The notes under the pieces: generated by a model
Told to the model about the DNA's origin: nothing
The model's database searches: none
Seen by the model: only the letters and a program-made list of their open reading frames with translations
Program-made: the position numbers and the translations under genes
In this document: one piece after another, positions 31,999 through 42,927 of the stretch
How the letters are laid out: every line of letters starts with the position of its first letter
How positions within the stretch are numbered: position 1 is the first letter of the stretch
IMG/VR virus record: IMGVR_UViG_3300037423_000411
Coordinates: 32,001 to 96,000 of that record
Reading direction: 5' to 3' (one strand)
Source of the DNA: a virus
Length of the DNA stretch: 64,000 nucleotides

Positions 31999-32692
31999 AC
32001 ACCCACGTACGGAGAAAGGGGCCTCACTCCGACAGGAATGATGCCCCTTGCAACTTCTGAGTTCGATCTGTTACGTCAGTCGCACTTGTGCGGGATGTTC
32101 GCGTTCTTCTGGCAGTACACCGTCGTCGGCGTACCGTTCGGCTGCCGGTAGGTCCGTTGCTTGCCGCACGTCCGGTACGGAACCTGCTCACGCTTCGCAC
32201 GCTGCTTGCTGACTTCGTCCTTCTTCTTGCCCCACTTCATCTCTCTACCCCCTCGATCAGCTCCGACCCCCACGGACCACAGACGACTAGCGGCCCACGT
32301 GCCTCCCACATGGCTTCCCACTTGCCGAACGGCATGAACCCTGGTGGAGCCCATCCACCGCCCTTGTGATGCTTCGCCGTTGCCCCGAATCGATCCTTGA
32401 TCCACGTACCTTCCGGGGGTTCTGGTGGCACATGGTTGGAAGGAATCTCTTGCCCGCAGCTACCGCAACGCGTTGTCACTTCTGGTTCTCCTCTCGTGGT
32501 TCGCCGCAGTCACGGCACTTGCCGTTGACGTACACATGAGCGTGCTCTCGCGTCTTCAGGAACTCAGCCACCTCGGCCTGAGCTTTGATGCGATCCGGTG
32601 TGATCGGCTGATGCCGGTCACAGTCCGGGTGCACCTTCCCGTTCTTGCAGATGCACTCCCGGATTCCGTCCTTCTGGCTCATCTTCTGCTCC

Positions 32693-33190
32693 TCAGTACG
32701 ACAGCTTGCCGCTGCAGATCGGCCCGATACCGGCCGCCACAGACTGCTCGGCCGTCAGGGTGCGGCCGCAGATGCAGCAGAAGCCGTAGGCCTTGCTCTT
32801 CACGCCCGCCTCTTCCGCGCTCAGCGGGGTCAGATCCTCGAAGTTCTTGACCTCGCCCGGAGCGTAAACCCACGAGCCCTTCGGCTTGCCGGTGCTCGTG
32901 GTGGTCGCAACCAGCTTCTTGGCGTACGGGCGGCCCTGCTTGCTCAGCACGACCTGAAAGATGACGTCGCCCTGACCCGCATCGTGATCAGTCAGCACGT
33001 AGTAGCCCGGCTTGGTCTTGACCTCAACGGTCTTGCGAGGCGCCTTCTTCAGCTCACCAATGACGTGGCTTGCGCCCTTCTTGCTGGTCACGGTCTCGGC
33101 CTGCTCGCGCAGTTCGTCCGAGACTTCCTGGCTCTTCAGCAGCGATGCGATGTAGTTCAGCTGCGGCTGCGTTGCACGGTCGACGTACAT
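32693..33190 (-). CDS. DUF6011-like zinc-finger protein
   Basis: CCICGRTLTAEQSVAAGIGPIC; early promoter and leader. Confidence 0.8.
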   Translation of the reverse strand: MYVDRATQPQLNYIASLLKSQEVSDELREQAETVTSKKGASHVIGELKKAPRKTVEVKTKPGYYVLTDHDAGQGDVIFQVVLSKQGRPYAKKLVATTTSTGKPKGSWVYAPGEVKNFEDLTPLSAEEAGVKSKAYGFCCICGRTLTAEQSVAAGIGPICSGKLSY

Positions 33191-33366
33191 TTTCTGCCTC
33201 CGGGGGTGAGAGTCCCTGGTTCGTTCTGACATCTCTAATAGTGCCTCAGAGGGTTACAGTTGTCAACCTCTGACAAAGGAGACGGCCGAGATGCTCAGGG
33301 TCTGGGGGGATGATGAGCATCTCGGCCGCGTCGAAGAGCGACTCTTTGAGACAAGAGGGGTGTGAG

Positions 33367-33720
33367 TCAGCTCTTCGGGTCGATGAGCTTGAGGAAGTCC
33401 TCAGGCGTGTCGACGGCCTCCAGAGAAGTCTCCTGCGAGACCTGCTGTGAGTACATCTCCGACGCCTTGTCCAGGTCCTCCGTAGCTTGCACGAGCGCCT
33501 GCTCCAGCGCGGTCACGTTCAGCATGGCGACCTTGACGGCCTCACGCATGGCGTTGATCGAGTTCAGCTTGTCGGCCGACGAGAGACCGGAGCGACCAGC
33601 GGACTGGTACAGCGTGCCCATCACGATCTGCTGAGCAACACCGGAGTAGTGAGCCGCAGCGGAGAGCATCTCCTGCGCGTGCTTACGACGGTCACGCGGG
33701 TTGTCAAAAGTGTCGGACAT
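33367..33720 (-). CDS. GxSGL family paralog 2
   Basis: RDRRKHAQ...GRSGLSSADKL; early promoter and leader. Confidence 0.72.
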   Translation of the reverse strand: MSDTFDNPRDRRKHAQEMLSAAAHYSGVAQQIVMGTLYQSAGRSGLSSADKLNSINAMREAVKVAMLNVTALEQALVQATEDLDKASEMYSQQVSQETSLEAVDTPEDFLKLIDPKS

Positions 33721-35259
33721 TTTCAGCCTCCTGCTAGTGAGAGTAGCGTGTCTCGACCGTACGCACAGTAGGTGACGGTTGTCAACTCTCATCGTTCTCT
33801 TCGTACACCTGGGAAGTCGTCAGGACGTCCCACGCCGTGTACATGATGGCAAGCCAGCTCAAACCCAAGACGAACTGTGGTTCATGCTTCGCCCACGTGA
33901 AGGCAGACAACGGCCAGGCGATCGGGGTCAGGATGAACGACCAGAACGCGATGTACGATCGCACCTTGCGTGCACGGTTCGAGCTGAGTGACATCAAGAT
34001 GCGTTCCATGAATCTGAGATCGGTCAGTGGCTGGGGTTCTCAGCCCGCCACTGCTCGAACGCCTTCTTCAGACACCCTGGCCCAACCTTGACGCCGTCAG
34101 GACCCTCCACCATCTTCGATCTGAGGATCGGTCTCCTGCACAGCGGGCACCTTGCGTAGTTCCGCATTTGCTCGACGTTCCGCAATCTCTCGATCCCATT
34201 CAGCTCTGAGCAACTGCTTGCGGGCCTTGACGTTCTCCTGAGCTTCCTCGTAGAGAGCGCCGTACTTCTCCATGAAGTGCCGTTCGTGCATCCGGTAGTG
34301 CTCTTGCAGACGCTCTCCCTGTGGCCACATGCCGGGGTTCTTCTTGTGGTATTCCCAACGAGTCCAGAACGCTCGCTCGCCATACAGGAACATCATCTTT
34401 GAAACACGGTTGCCGATCTGATGGCTCAGGTCCTTCTTGTCTTCCTGACCGCTGAAGATCTTCCGGTGCACGTCAAGTGCGATCATCTCTGCCAGCGTCT
34501 TGCGGCTACTCGGGTACCACGAGAAAGGGACCTGACTGGACCCGAAAATCCTCTTCAACCGCAGACTACGAAGACGATCACTGAGACGCCTCTCCTGGTT
34601 CCACTTCTTGTCTTCTTGCTGCGCTAGCCGGTTGCGAGCACGCTCCTCAGCTTTCGTCATTCTTCGCCTCCTTCAGCATCAACTTTCCGTAGGACATCAG
34701 GACGTGCTCACGCCGTGAATTGCGCGCCACAGCCTCGGCCTCAGGATGACCTCCGACCTCCCGGAGCAATCGTGCGTGCTCCTCGGCCTCGTCCGGGTAC
34801 TTCCACTCGCCCTTCACGTTCCAGAGACGCACCTGCAAGAAGAACTCCATCGGATTCTCGGGGAACTCGTCATCACCGACGATGCGCCAGTCGTCATCTT
34901 CTAGACGCCCTCCGTATTTGGCCTGAAATCGCTCCTCCAGCGACTCACGCGTGCAATCGGAGTCATCCTGCAACCACTCCTTCACGTACACACGCCAAGT
35001 GCTCTGGATCTCGTTCTTCGTGGCCTGTACGACCTCGGCCTTGCTCTTCACCACGGGAAAACCTCCCTCTCGTTCACCTGGCTCCGAGCGAACTCAGAAG
35101 TCAATTCCACCTCTCGCCCACAACGACTACTGGTGTATACGTGGATCAGTCGCTGCTTGTCCGGCTTGTACAAGACGAACTGATGCCTCTTCAGACACTT
35201 CGAGCACCAGAGTGTGAGGTAGATCGGGATAGGCGGACCTGCCTCGGTGTACCACTGCG

Positions 35260-36234
35260 TCACCACTCCACAACCAGCCTCTCCAGCACGCCGGTCTGAT
35301 CTCGGTTCTCGTCTGCCAGTACCAGCAACTCACTGCGACGATGCACCGCAGGAGGATCGTAGTGCTTGACCGCGTCCCACAGCTCGATGACACGGTCCAA
35401 CCGCATGTCGGCCTGCCGTGCCGTCTCCGACCGGACGAGCTGCAGATCTGAGGACTTGAAGACGGCTTTCTTGAGTGCTCGGTGCAGTCTGTCGAGATCG
35501 GAGAGGTTGGTGGCCAGACCGCTCACGGCAGCGCCCACCTCGCGCTGTGAGAGCCGTTGGGCTGCAGCTACAGCCATCGGCTTGTTGAGCCGTGAAAGAG
35601 CCGCTACGAAGCTCTCAGCGGGACTGGACTTGGTCAGAATGTCGAGCATCTGCGTGGTCACCTCGACCGGAGGCAGAAGGTCCAGCCAGTCACAGACATC
35701 CTTGCAGCGCGCGAGATCGTGCCCTGTGCGTACCGCGAGGTAATCCGCCTGCTCAGGCGTAAGACGACTCCAGCTGCGGATGATCTCGGAAGCGGTCTTG
35801 GTCGGATTCGACTTCGGCAACGTGCACTCGACATACATCCCCTGAATAGACTTCACCAACCGACCACGGGCGTGAGGGAAGCGTGTGATAGGCCACTGCT
35901 TCTCACTGGCCACCATCACGACCTTGATGTTCGGCGCCTGCCTCGACGCCAGCCACGCCTCGAACTGGTCCCAGCCTTGCAACTTCTGAGCGTTGCGGAT
36001 GAGAAGGAATCGGCGGTCTTCGGAGTCGAGCGCATGCTGGTTCACAGCGGCCCAGACCTTGTCCTCCTCATCCGCGAGCATGGACAGGGAGTTGGCCGCC
36101 GAAGCACCTGAAACACGCCTCAGCGCGTCCACAGCCAGCTCTACGAGGACTCCTTGGTCACCGCATAGGTAAGTGATCCGGCGCGGTTCGCCTTCACGCG
36201 CCAGCGTCTTGAGGAACGTCAGGTAAGTAGCCAT
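35260..36234 (-). CDS. DNA polymerase III delta (HolA)-like clamp-loader subunit
   Basis: YLCGDQGVLV, RRFLLIRNAQ and YLAVRTGHDLARCKD (AAA+ lid) resemble HolA. Confidence 0.65.
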   Translation of the reverse strand: MATYLTFLKTLAREGEPRRITYLCGDQGVLVELAVDALRRVSGASAANSLSMLADEEDKVWAAVNQHALDSEDRRFLLIRNAQKLQGWDQFEAWLASRQAPNIKVVMVASEKQWPITRFPHARGRLVKSIQGMYVECTLPKSNPTKTASEIIRSWSRLTPEQADYLAVRTGHDLARCKDVCDWLDLLPPVEVTTQMLDILTKSSPAESFVAALSRLNKPMAVAAAQRLSQREVGAAVSGLATNLSDLDRLHRALKKAVFKSSDLQLVRSETARQADMRLDRVIELWDAVKHYDPPAVHRRSELLVLADENRDQTGVLERLVVEW

Positions 36235-36299
36235 CTCTCCTCAACGTACGGAGAAACCCTCTCCCCCGGCTCAGGTGGGGGAGAGGGTCGATCGATGAG

Positions 36300-36641
36300 T
36301 CAGAAGCTGGCCTGGTACGCCTCCAGCTCGTCGGCGTCCATGTCGGCGGTCGGCTGCTCGATGGTCTCGATGACCACGATCTGGCCGTCGTTCTCCTCGG
36401 CGGCCTCGGCCAGCTCAGCGGCCTTGATCAGCGCCACGGCGGCCTCGGCCAGCTCAGCGGCCTTGATCAGCGCCACGGCGGCCTCGTGAGCGAAGTCGGC
36501 GGCGACCCGCAGCCGTTCGACCTTCTCGGCCTTGCTCAGCCCGGACTTGCCGTAGACCCTGCGCGCTGCCTTCCGCAGGTCTTCCTGAGCCTGCTTCCGG
36601 TAGTCACGGGCGGTCAGGACGGCTTCGGTGGTGACGGTCAT
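36300..36641 (-). CDS. GxSGL family paralog 3 with an internal 13-aa tandem duplication
   Basis: RDYRKQAQ...GKSGLSKAEKVERL. Confidence 0.72.
   Translation of the reverse strand: MTVTTEAVLTARDYRKQAQEDLRKAARRVYGKSGLSKAEKVERLRVAADFAHEAAVALIKAAELAEAAVALIKAAELAEAAEENDGQIVVIETIEQPTADMDADELEAYQASF
36400..36486. repeat. 39-bp perfect tandem duplication
   Basis: gcggcctcggccagctcagcggccttgatcagcgccacg twice, plus a partial third copy. Confidence 0.9.
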
Positions 36642-36710
36642 TTCTGCCTCCAGTGTGAGAGAGTCGGTGTTCGCTCCGACAAGAAGAACGGTATCGGAGG
36701 GGGTGACAAC

Positions 36711-36768
36711 TGTCAACCCCTGAGCGGGTGACACTGGGTGCCGAATTGCAATGGCTCAGGGGCTGACA
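36711..36768 (-). ncRNA. solo TIGR-like unit overlapping a -35 box
   Basis: tgtcagcccctgagCCA-ttgcaatt-CGGCACCCA-gtgtcaccc-gctcaggggttgaca. Confidence 0.75.
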
Positions 36769-36924
36769 GCAGAAACCCGCTTCGAAGTCCTCGACAGCAC
36801 GGGGTCTGTGCCGGGTGACATCTCTGCGGGTTCCTGGTGCCTGAGGCGCGTGCCCTACGCGTATGAGGAGACGCATCTAAGCGAACTCTTCGGGACAACT
36901 CTCCTCAGGAAACTGTGAACGAGG

Positions 36925-37233
36925 CTACCTGACCGTGAAGAACCCAGCAAGTAAGACGTAGTTCGCCGGGCCGTCCGTGACTTTGACCCAGACACGGTAC
37001 TTCGTTTCCTTACCGCCGACCTTCGCACCGACGATGTGCTTGGACGTCCGCACCAACGAGCCGTACCTCTCGATCGTGCTCGGCACGAACCAGTCAGGAT
37101 CGTCTGCTGTAGGCGTCACATGGTCGGGACGAAACTGAAGCGTGATGACGGTAGACGTGATGTCCTCGCCGTTCTGCTCCATGATCCGGGTCCAGATATC
37201 TTCCTCCGACCCCTCCCACAGCCACTTCGTCAC
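36925..37233 (-). CDS. small virion-associated beta protein
   Basis: YRVWVKVTDG...VLLAG C-terminus; last gene of the structural cassette. Confidence 0.55.
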   Translation of the reverse strand: MTKWLWEGSEEDIWTRIMEQNGEDITSTVITLQFRPDHVTPTADDPDWFVPSTIERYGSLVRTSKHIVGAKVGGKETKYRVWVKVTDGPANYVLLAGFFTVR

Positions 37234-40200
37234 GTCTCCTCCACCTGTGCGACAAACCGGTTGTCTTCGACCTCACCATGAAGGATGAGCACGGTCTCCG
37301 CATCGATCACGAGCACGCCGAACGCCTCGACAGACGTAATACCGTCTGGAGACACAATCGTCAGAATCGCCTGAGTTGAGGGTGTGCCGAAGGACTCCAA
37401 CGTCGTGATGCCGTCCGGCGTGACGACAATGAGACTGCTGGAAGCCGTAAATCCGAAGACCTCCTGCGAGGTGACTCCGCTCGGAGTGACCGTGAGCACC
37501 GAACCGCTGAACGGCACGCCGAACGCTTCTGCCGATCCGATGCCGAGTGGCTGTCCCTGCGTCGGCACCGTGGCCACTGGAGTACCGAACGCCTCGGCCG
37601 AGCCGATACCTACGGGCTGCACGGCACTGGACGTCAGAACTGTCGGTACCCCAACTGCGCCAGCACTCGCAACACCGATCGGAGTCACCCCGAGAGTTGC
37701 ACTTACAACTGCAACACCGAAGGCCTCGGCCGAGGCAATACCGATCGAAGCTCCTGTGAGCGTCTTGGTCACTACCGGGACGCCGACAGCTTCGCCGGAC
37801 GCGATGCCGACAGACGCAACACTCAGTGTTCCCGACATGACCGGAGTACCGAACGCCTCGGCACTCAGGATGGAGTCCGGAAGTCCCATGTTGCCTAGTG
37901 CGACGTCCGTGAAGCCCATTGCTTCTGCAGACGGAATGCCAGTCGGCTGAGCTGTGATCAGGACAGTCGCGCCCGGCACACCGAACGCTTCAGCTGAGCC
38001 GATGCCTACAGGCGTGACGGTCAGAACTCGCGAGACTACGGCTACACCGAAGGCCTCGCCCGAGACGATCCCCGTAGAGGAAGCCGTGAGCGTAGAAGAT
38101 CTGACCGGTACTCCGAAGGCCTCCTGACTCGTCACACCAACCGGCTGCGTCGTGAGCTGCAAAGCTACGGACTGAGCGCCGAACTGCTCAGCGGAAGCAA
38201 TCCCTGTGAGCTGTACCGCGATCGGCACAGTCGCAGACGGGACACCAAACGCTCCTGCCGAGACGATGCCGACAGGCTGTGCAACGAGAACACCGCCAGT
38301 ACTGGCCAGACCGAACTGCTCGGCCGAGACGATGCCTGCAGGTTGAGTCGCGATCGGAACAGTCGCAGCTGCAGCACCAAAGGCTTCAGCTGAGGCAATC
38401 GCGACAGGCTGCAAGGTGAGTGCGCCTCCGGTACCGGAGATACCGAACTGCTCGCCTGAAGCCACTCCAACCGGAGACGCCGTCAGCACCGTCGTAACAG
38501 CAGGCGTACCGAAAGCACCGGCCGTCGCGATGCCGACAGGGGCACTCGTCAAGAGTTGAGAAACGACAGTCGTACCGAAGGTCTCTACGGTAGAAATGCC
38601 CGTCGCCGAAACCGTCAGAACCGTCATAACAGCGGCAGTTCCGAAGGATTCGGCCGTCGCAATACCGGTCGGTGAAGCCGTCAAGACTCGTGTAGCGACC
38701 GCCGTACCGAATGTCTCGGCTGTCGCAATGCCAGTAGGTGAAGCCGCGATCGGAACAATCGCACCCAGCGCGCCGAAGGCCTCGCCTGACACGATTCCGG
38801 TAGGTGCCGTCGCGAGTACAGGTGAAGCAACAGCCGTACCGAAGACTTCCGCTGACGTGATGCCTGTAGGCGAAGCCGTGAGCACCAACGTCGCGGCAGT
38901 AGCACCGAAAGCTTGGGCCGAAACAATGCCTGTCGGTTGCGTGGTGAGCGTCGAACCTTCGGTACTCGTACCGAACTGCTCGGCCGAGGCAATGCCTGTG
39001 AAGGTCACCGTCAGCACGTTGGACTGAACAGCAACACCAAAAGCTTCGGAAGACGTGATTCCCGTAGTAGAGACGTTGGTGACGAACGAGATTGCCGCCG
39101 TACCGAAAGCTTCTTGCGACGCTATCCCTGTCGGAGACGCCGTCAAAGTAGATGAGCTAGCGGCAGAGCCGAACGCTTCTGCTGAGGCGATGCCTGTGGG
39201 GCTAGCCGTCGTACCGCCACTACCTGCAGCAGCCTTGACCTCGAACGCGATGGCCGAGTAGTTGCCAACAGCATCACCAAGATCCGTGGTGCTGATCGTG
39301 GTGGACTCGCTGCCGTCCCAGACCCGATAGAACACACCGGTCTGACAGTTGGGGGTGGTCTGATTGACCACTGCGGTGAACGTCTTTCCGCTGCCAGCCG
39401 TAGGAGTCGCAATACCGCCACCGCTATCCGCACCCTCGGTGAACACAACCACCACGAGGTTGCCGACAGTCGGAGTGCTGGTCAGCGTGATGCTGCCGGT
39501 TTCGGTGTCACCACCTGACTTCGTCGCGCCGTTGACCGTCGACTGGACGATCGGGCTGCTCGTGTCGTAACCCGTGACGTCGAAACAGACCGTCGCGTAG
39601 TAGCCGGTCTGCGTGCTGGAATACGAGTCGACCGTGACTGCGAACGCTGATGGTGACGAGCCGACAGACGCGTAGTAGACAGCGTTGCCGACCCGGAACG
39701 AGTCATCGTTGTTCCACGGATAAGCCGGTGCGATACCTGCGGTCGCTAGTGAGGTGTAAGTCAGCGAGCCGCCAGTAGGTGTCTGGTAGGCAGGCGCGGA
39801 CGCTACCGCCGCGTTCTCCTGACCTTGACAGACGAAAAACAGGCTGTTCGCTGTCGGTGTCGCCGAACTCGTGGTCTGTGTCGCAGCTGCCGTGGTACCA
39901 GAGTTGGCAGACTGGCGAGCTGTGACCGTGAAGCCCGGTGGTGTCGCCGGGATCAAATAGAGAATCGCACCAATGCCATGCGACGAAGTCTGGCTCGTAG
40001 CCGTGTAGCTATGACTCGCCTGTGTGACAGCACCGCCAGAGTCAGCAACTGCCAGACCCACAAACGGATTGGTCGTAGAGATCACAGCAGCACGAGTGAT
40101 CATGCCGAACACGTTCCACGCGGAAGCCGCCGTCGTACCGCGTGAGCTGAAAAGAGCTACCGCAGTGCGGTTCGTGTTCGTCGGCGTCGCAGCACCAGTG

Positions 40201-40655
40201 ACATACGACGTACCTGAGGTGTGAGCCAGCCACGTCAGACCTTCAGCCGGGGTCGTCTGATCCAACCCTGTCCAGCTCATCGCGACGAACTGCGGAACAC
40301 AGCTCACAGACCAGGTCACAGTGACCGAGGTTTCGCCTGCTTTCTGCTTCCACAGAACGATAGAACGGCTGCCTGATGACCCCGACGTTCCTTCGGAGAA
40401 CTGCCCGAGAATCGTCCAGCCTGAAGGAGCTGTGAGATTCGATGTCTGAGCGTCGCTCAGCGTACCGAACACCCAGACAATCTCCCCGTCCGGGGCACCT
40501 GAGATGTCTACGACAGCACTGGTCGAGCTGGCGTCAGTGGTGTTGCCGATGGTCGCTGGACCGACCCAGAACGAGTCATCCAACAACAGAGAGCTTGAAC
40601 CGTCTTCCAGGAGTAGTCCGTCAGTACCGGTCTCCAGGAGGTAGCGCGAAGCCAC
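37230..40655 (-). CDS. large repeat-rich virion/tail fibre-like protein
   Basis: 1141 aa, rich in T/S/A/G/V; about 29 copies of a 22-aa PxGIxSxEAFG repeat. Confidence 0.75.
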   Translation of the reverse strand: MASRYLLETGTDGLLLEDGSSSLLLDDSFWVGPATIGNTTDASSTSAVVDISGAPDGEIVWVFGTLSDAQTSNLTAPSGWTILGQFSEGTSGSSGSRSIVLWKQKAGETSVTVTWSVSCVPQFVAMSWTGLDQTTPAEGLTWLAHTSGTSYVTGAATPTNTNRTAVALFSSRGTTAASAWNVFGMITRAAVISTTNPFVGLAVADSGGAVTQASHSYTATSQTSSHGIGAILYLIPATPPGFTVTARQSANSGTTAAATQTTSSATPTANSLFFVCQGQENAAVASAPAYQTPTGGSLTYTSLATAGIAPAYPWNNDDSFRVGNAVYYASVGSSPSAFAVTVDSYSSTQTGYYATVCFDVTGYDTSSPIVQSTVNGATKSGGDTETGSITLTSTPTVGNLVVVVFTEGADSGGGIATPTAGSGKTFTAVVNQTTPNCQTGVFYRVWDGSESTTISTTDLGDAVGNYSAIAFEVKAAAGSGGTTASPTGIASAEAFGSAASSSTLTASPTGIASQEAFGTAAISFVTNVSTTGITSSEAFGVAVQSNVLTVTFTGIASAEQFGTSTEGSTLTTQPTGIVSAQAFGATAATLVLTASPTGITSAEVFGTAVASPVLATAPTGIVSGEAFGALGAIVPIAASPTGIATAETFGTAVATRVLTASPTGIATAESFGTAAVMTVLTVSATGISTVETFGTTVVSQLLTSAPVGIATAGAFGTPAVTTVLTASPVGVASGEQFGISGTGGALTLQPVAIASAEAFGAAAATVPIATQPAGIVSAEQFGLASTGGVLVAQPVGIVSAGAFGVPSATVPIAVQLTGIASAEQFGAQSVALQLTTQPVGVTSQEAFGVPVRSSTLTASSTGIVSGEAFGVAVVSRVLTVTPVGIGSAEAFGVPGATVLITAQPTGIPSAEAMGFTDVALGNMGLPDSILSAEAFGTPVMSGTLSVASVGIASGEAVGVPVVTKTLTGASIGIASAEAFGVAVVSATLGVTPIGVASAGAVGVPTVLTSSAVQPVGIGSAEAFGTPVATVPTQGQPLGIGSAEAFGVPFSGSVLTVTPSGVTSQEVFGFTASSSLIVVTPDGITTLESFGTPSTQAILTIVSPDGITSVEAFGVLVIDAETVLILHGEVEDNRFVAQVEET

Positions 40656-40658
40656 GAC

Positions 40659-41318
40659 TCACACCAGGTTGAACAGTTCGGACTGCACCAGGTTGACAGT
40701 CCACGCCGCAGACGTGCCTCCGTTGACCGAGAGTCCGATGATGCTTCCTGCCACAGTGGAGTCGAAACCAGAAGAAGTGACAGCAACCGTAGGTGAGGTG
40801 TTAACCGAAAGACCCACCGTACCCCAAGGCGTGGTGGTCTGGCCGCTGTGCACCAACGTGGCCAGTCCCTGAAGAACCGCAGCCGTACCCGAGCCGACAG
40901 ATCGGAAGGTCGCGAACACCTCGAACAGACCGTTGTCAGCTACCGCTGTCTGAGCAGGAAATGTGAATGCGCAACGAGAAGTGTCCGCCGTGGTTCCCGC
41001 CGTGCCGATGCGGAGAGTCAAGATCGGAGTGGCTGATCCTGCGGCAGTCTTGCTGACATTGAACTTGCAGCGGTACATCGACCCTGTGATCAGTGAACCA
41101 GCAGCAATGGCAATAGACGAGCCCGTCAGGTACGTATCCGAAGCAAAACCGGCGCCCTGGTTCGCTGTCGACGCATTGAACTTGCCGCCAGCGCCAGGGT
41201 ACGCGGCAATCTGTGCCATCGTCAGTTTCTTCGATACACCGCTCTCGTTGACCGCGAACTCATGCGTCGAAGCTGCGGCAGTCGCGGCAGTAAGAGCCGA
41301 GATCTTGGTGTCTGCCAC
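40659..41318 (-). CDS. virion structural protein
   Basis: MADTKISALTAAT N-terminus typical of fibre proteins; T/A/G-rich. Confidence 0.65.
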   Translation of the reverse strand: MADTKISALTAATAAASTHEFAVNESGVSKKLTMAQIAAYPGAGGKFNASTANQGAGFASDTYLTGSSIAIAAGSLITGSMYRCKFNVSKTAAGSATPILTLRIGTAGTTADTSRCAFTFPAQTAVADNGLFEVFATFRSVGSGTAAVLQGLATLVHSGQTTTPWGTVGLSVNTSPTVAVTSSGFDSTVAGSIIGLSVNGGTSAAWTVNLVQSELFNLV

Positions 41319-41333
41319 ACTCGGCCCTTCCTG

Positions 41334-41768
41334 CTAGAGCTTCCAGATCTTGTTCGTTCCGTTGTCCCAAGCAACAGTCACGTCGCCGCCGTTCGGCGTG
41401 AACGGAATGTTGGTGCCGGTGTCGATCCAGGCAATGACGCGCTGCGAGGTCGCCGCCACGTCAGAGCCACCAGTAACCGCTGACGACTGGTAGATGAGCA
41501 ACGAACAGGCAGCAGCACCGGTCGCAGTCAGCGCCGTGAAGGTGATATCAGCCGCGTCAGCAACACCACTGGTCACCGTCTTGCTGGCCAGCGCAACCGC
41601 CGCACCACCGTGTAGCACGCCACCGGCCGTGGTCACGTCGGAGACAAACTTGTGCGCGGCACTGAAGGTATAACCACGCACCGGGCTGACCTTGATCACC
41701 GCAGTGTCGTAGTCGATCGAACCGTCGAGAAAGCCCTCGCGTCCGGGGTCAAACAGCGCGTTCGCCAT
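41334..41768 (-). CDS. virion structural protein
   Basis: MANALFD...IDYDTAVIK...DAADITF...PNGGDVTVAW pattern of phage fibre/head-associated proteins. Confidence 0.7.
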   Translation of the reverse strand: MANALFDPGREGFLDGSIDYDTAVIKVSPVRGYTFSAAHKFVSDVTTAGGVLHGGAAVALASKTVTSGVADAADITFTALTATGAAACSLLIYQSSAVTGGSDVAATSQRVIAWIDTGTNIPFTPNGGDVTVAWDNGTNKIWKL

Positions 41769-42132
41769 TACTCAACGCTCCCTACGGTCTGGTCTTCGTC
41801 CGAGGGAACCTTGTTCGCCAGGCGCTCGTCCTCAGCGGCAGCAAGCCGCTTCTGGTGCTCAGCGCTGAACGCACGGCATCGGTCCTTGGCCGCTTCTGCC
41901 AGCTCCGCTGCTTTGGTCCACTCGTCCATCAGATCGTCGTCGCTGAGCGACGTCACATCCACCTCGATGTCGAGATGAGCCTTCAGGTTGTCGCTGATGC
42001 CCTCAGCCATTCCGATCCTCCTCGTGCTCATCGGAGAGATCGGCAGATACCTAGAACTGGTCTACCTAGACATGGTGAGCCCCCGAGAGGCAGCGGATTG
42101 CTGGGAAGCATTCGGCCTTCGGGGGCTCACTT

Positions 42133-42193
42133 ACGAGTTTAGCTGAACGTAACCTCACTGGGTTTCGAAGGTGCGTGGGTTCAGCCGACTCGT
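42133..42193 (-). ncRNA. solo TIGR-like unit
   Basis: gagtcggctgaacCCA-cgcacctt-CGAAACCCA-gtgaggttac-gttcagctaaactc. Confidence 0.75.
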
Positions 42194-42245
42194 TCTCGAC
42201 ACAGACGACATTGGATGAGAGATGCACCACCCAGCGTCTTCGTGA

Positions 42246-42740
42246 TCACCCAAGCTTCTCTCGGGTGAGTGCACGGAGCTTCCTCATCCTGTCCCTGTTG
42301 CAGGTCCGACACGATCTTCCTCCTGAAGCTCTCCACAGTGTGTTCTCATCCGTGAACTCATGCCCGTTTACACACTGCGTCTTGGCGAGATTCTTCGACG
42401 TCGGGTTACTAGATCGGAGAGTGTTCTCCCAAGGAGTCGTCGCTCTCAGGTGTTCAGGGTTCACACATCTTGTACCTAGGCAACCATCGTTAGGCCACTT
42501 GAAGTGGTCCAGTTGCAGTCCCTGCGGTACAGGACCGTTTACCTGTTCCCACGCGAACACGTGAGCGCGGACTTGCTTCTTGCCGTCCCAGAAGTTGCCG
42601 TACCTACCATCAGCCAGAGCACCCATCCAACGGTGACAAGATCCCTCGATCACGATCTTGGTCTGGAATCTGAGCTCAGGAGACACGCCTCTGAGACTTC
42701 CGTGAGGGATCTTGTCACCTCGAATACAGCGCAAGCACAT
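42246..42740 (-). CDS. HNH homing endonuclease
   Basis: CHRWMG...YG, AHVFAW, LDH...CVNPEHL...EN and TQCVNGHEF...CRTC. Confidence 0.9.
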   Translation of the reverse strand: MCLRCIRGDKIPHGSLRGVSPELRFQTKIVIEGSCHRWMGALADGRYGNFWDGKKQVRAHVFAWEQVNGPVPQGLQLDHFKWPNDGCLGTRCVNPEHLRATTPWENTLRSSNPTSKNLAKTQCVNGHEFTDENTLWRASGGRSCRTCNRDRMRKLRALTREKLG

Positions 42741-42927
42741 GCGCCGAACTTAACCGAACATGCTGTACTCAGCAATAATGCGCCGGTCTATCTTGACCTT
42801 GAACTGGGTGCTGCAGTTGTTGCATGTGACATCTACCCAGCCTTCTTCATCGATGTCCATGTTCGAACAACACGTCGGGCAATAGACGATCGCCCCTGCG
42901 AACAGCTCTTCGTCCTCATCCTCGACG

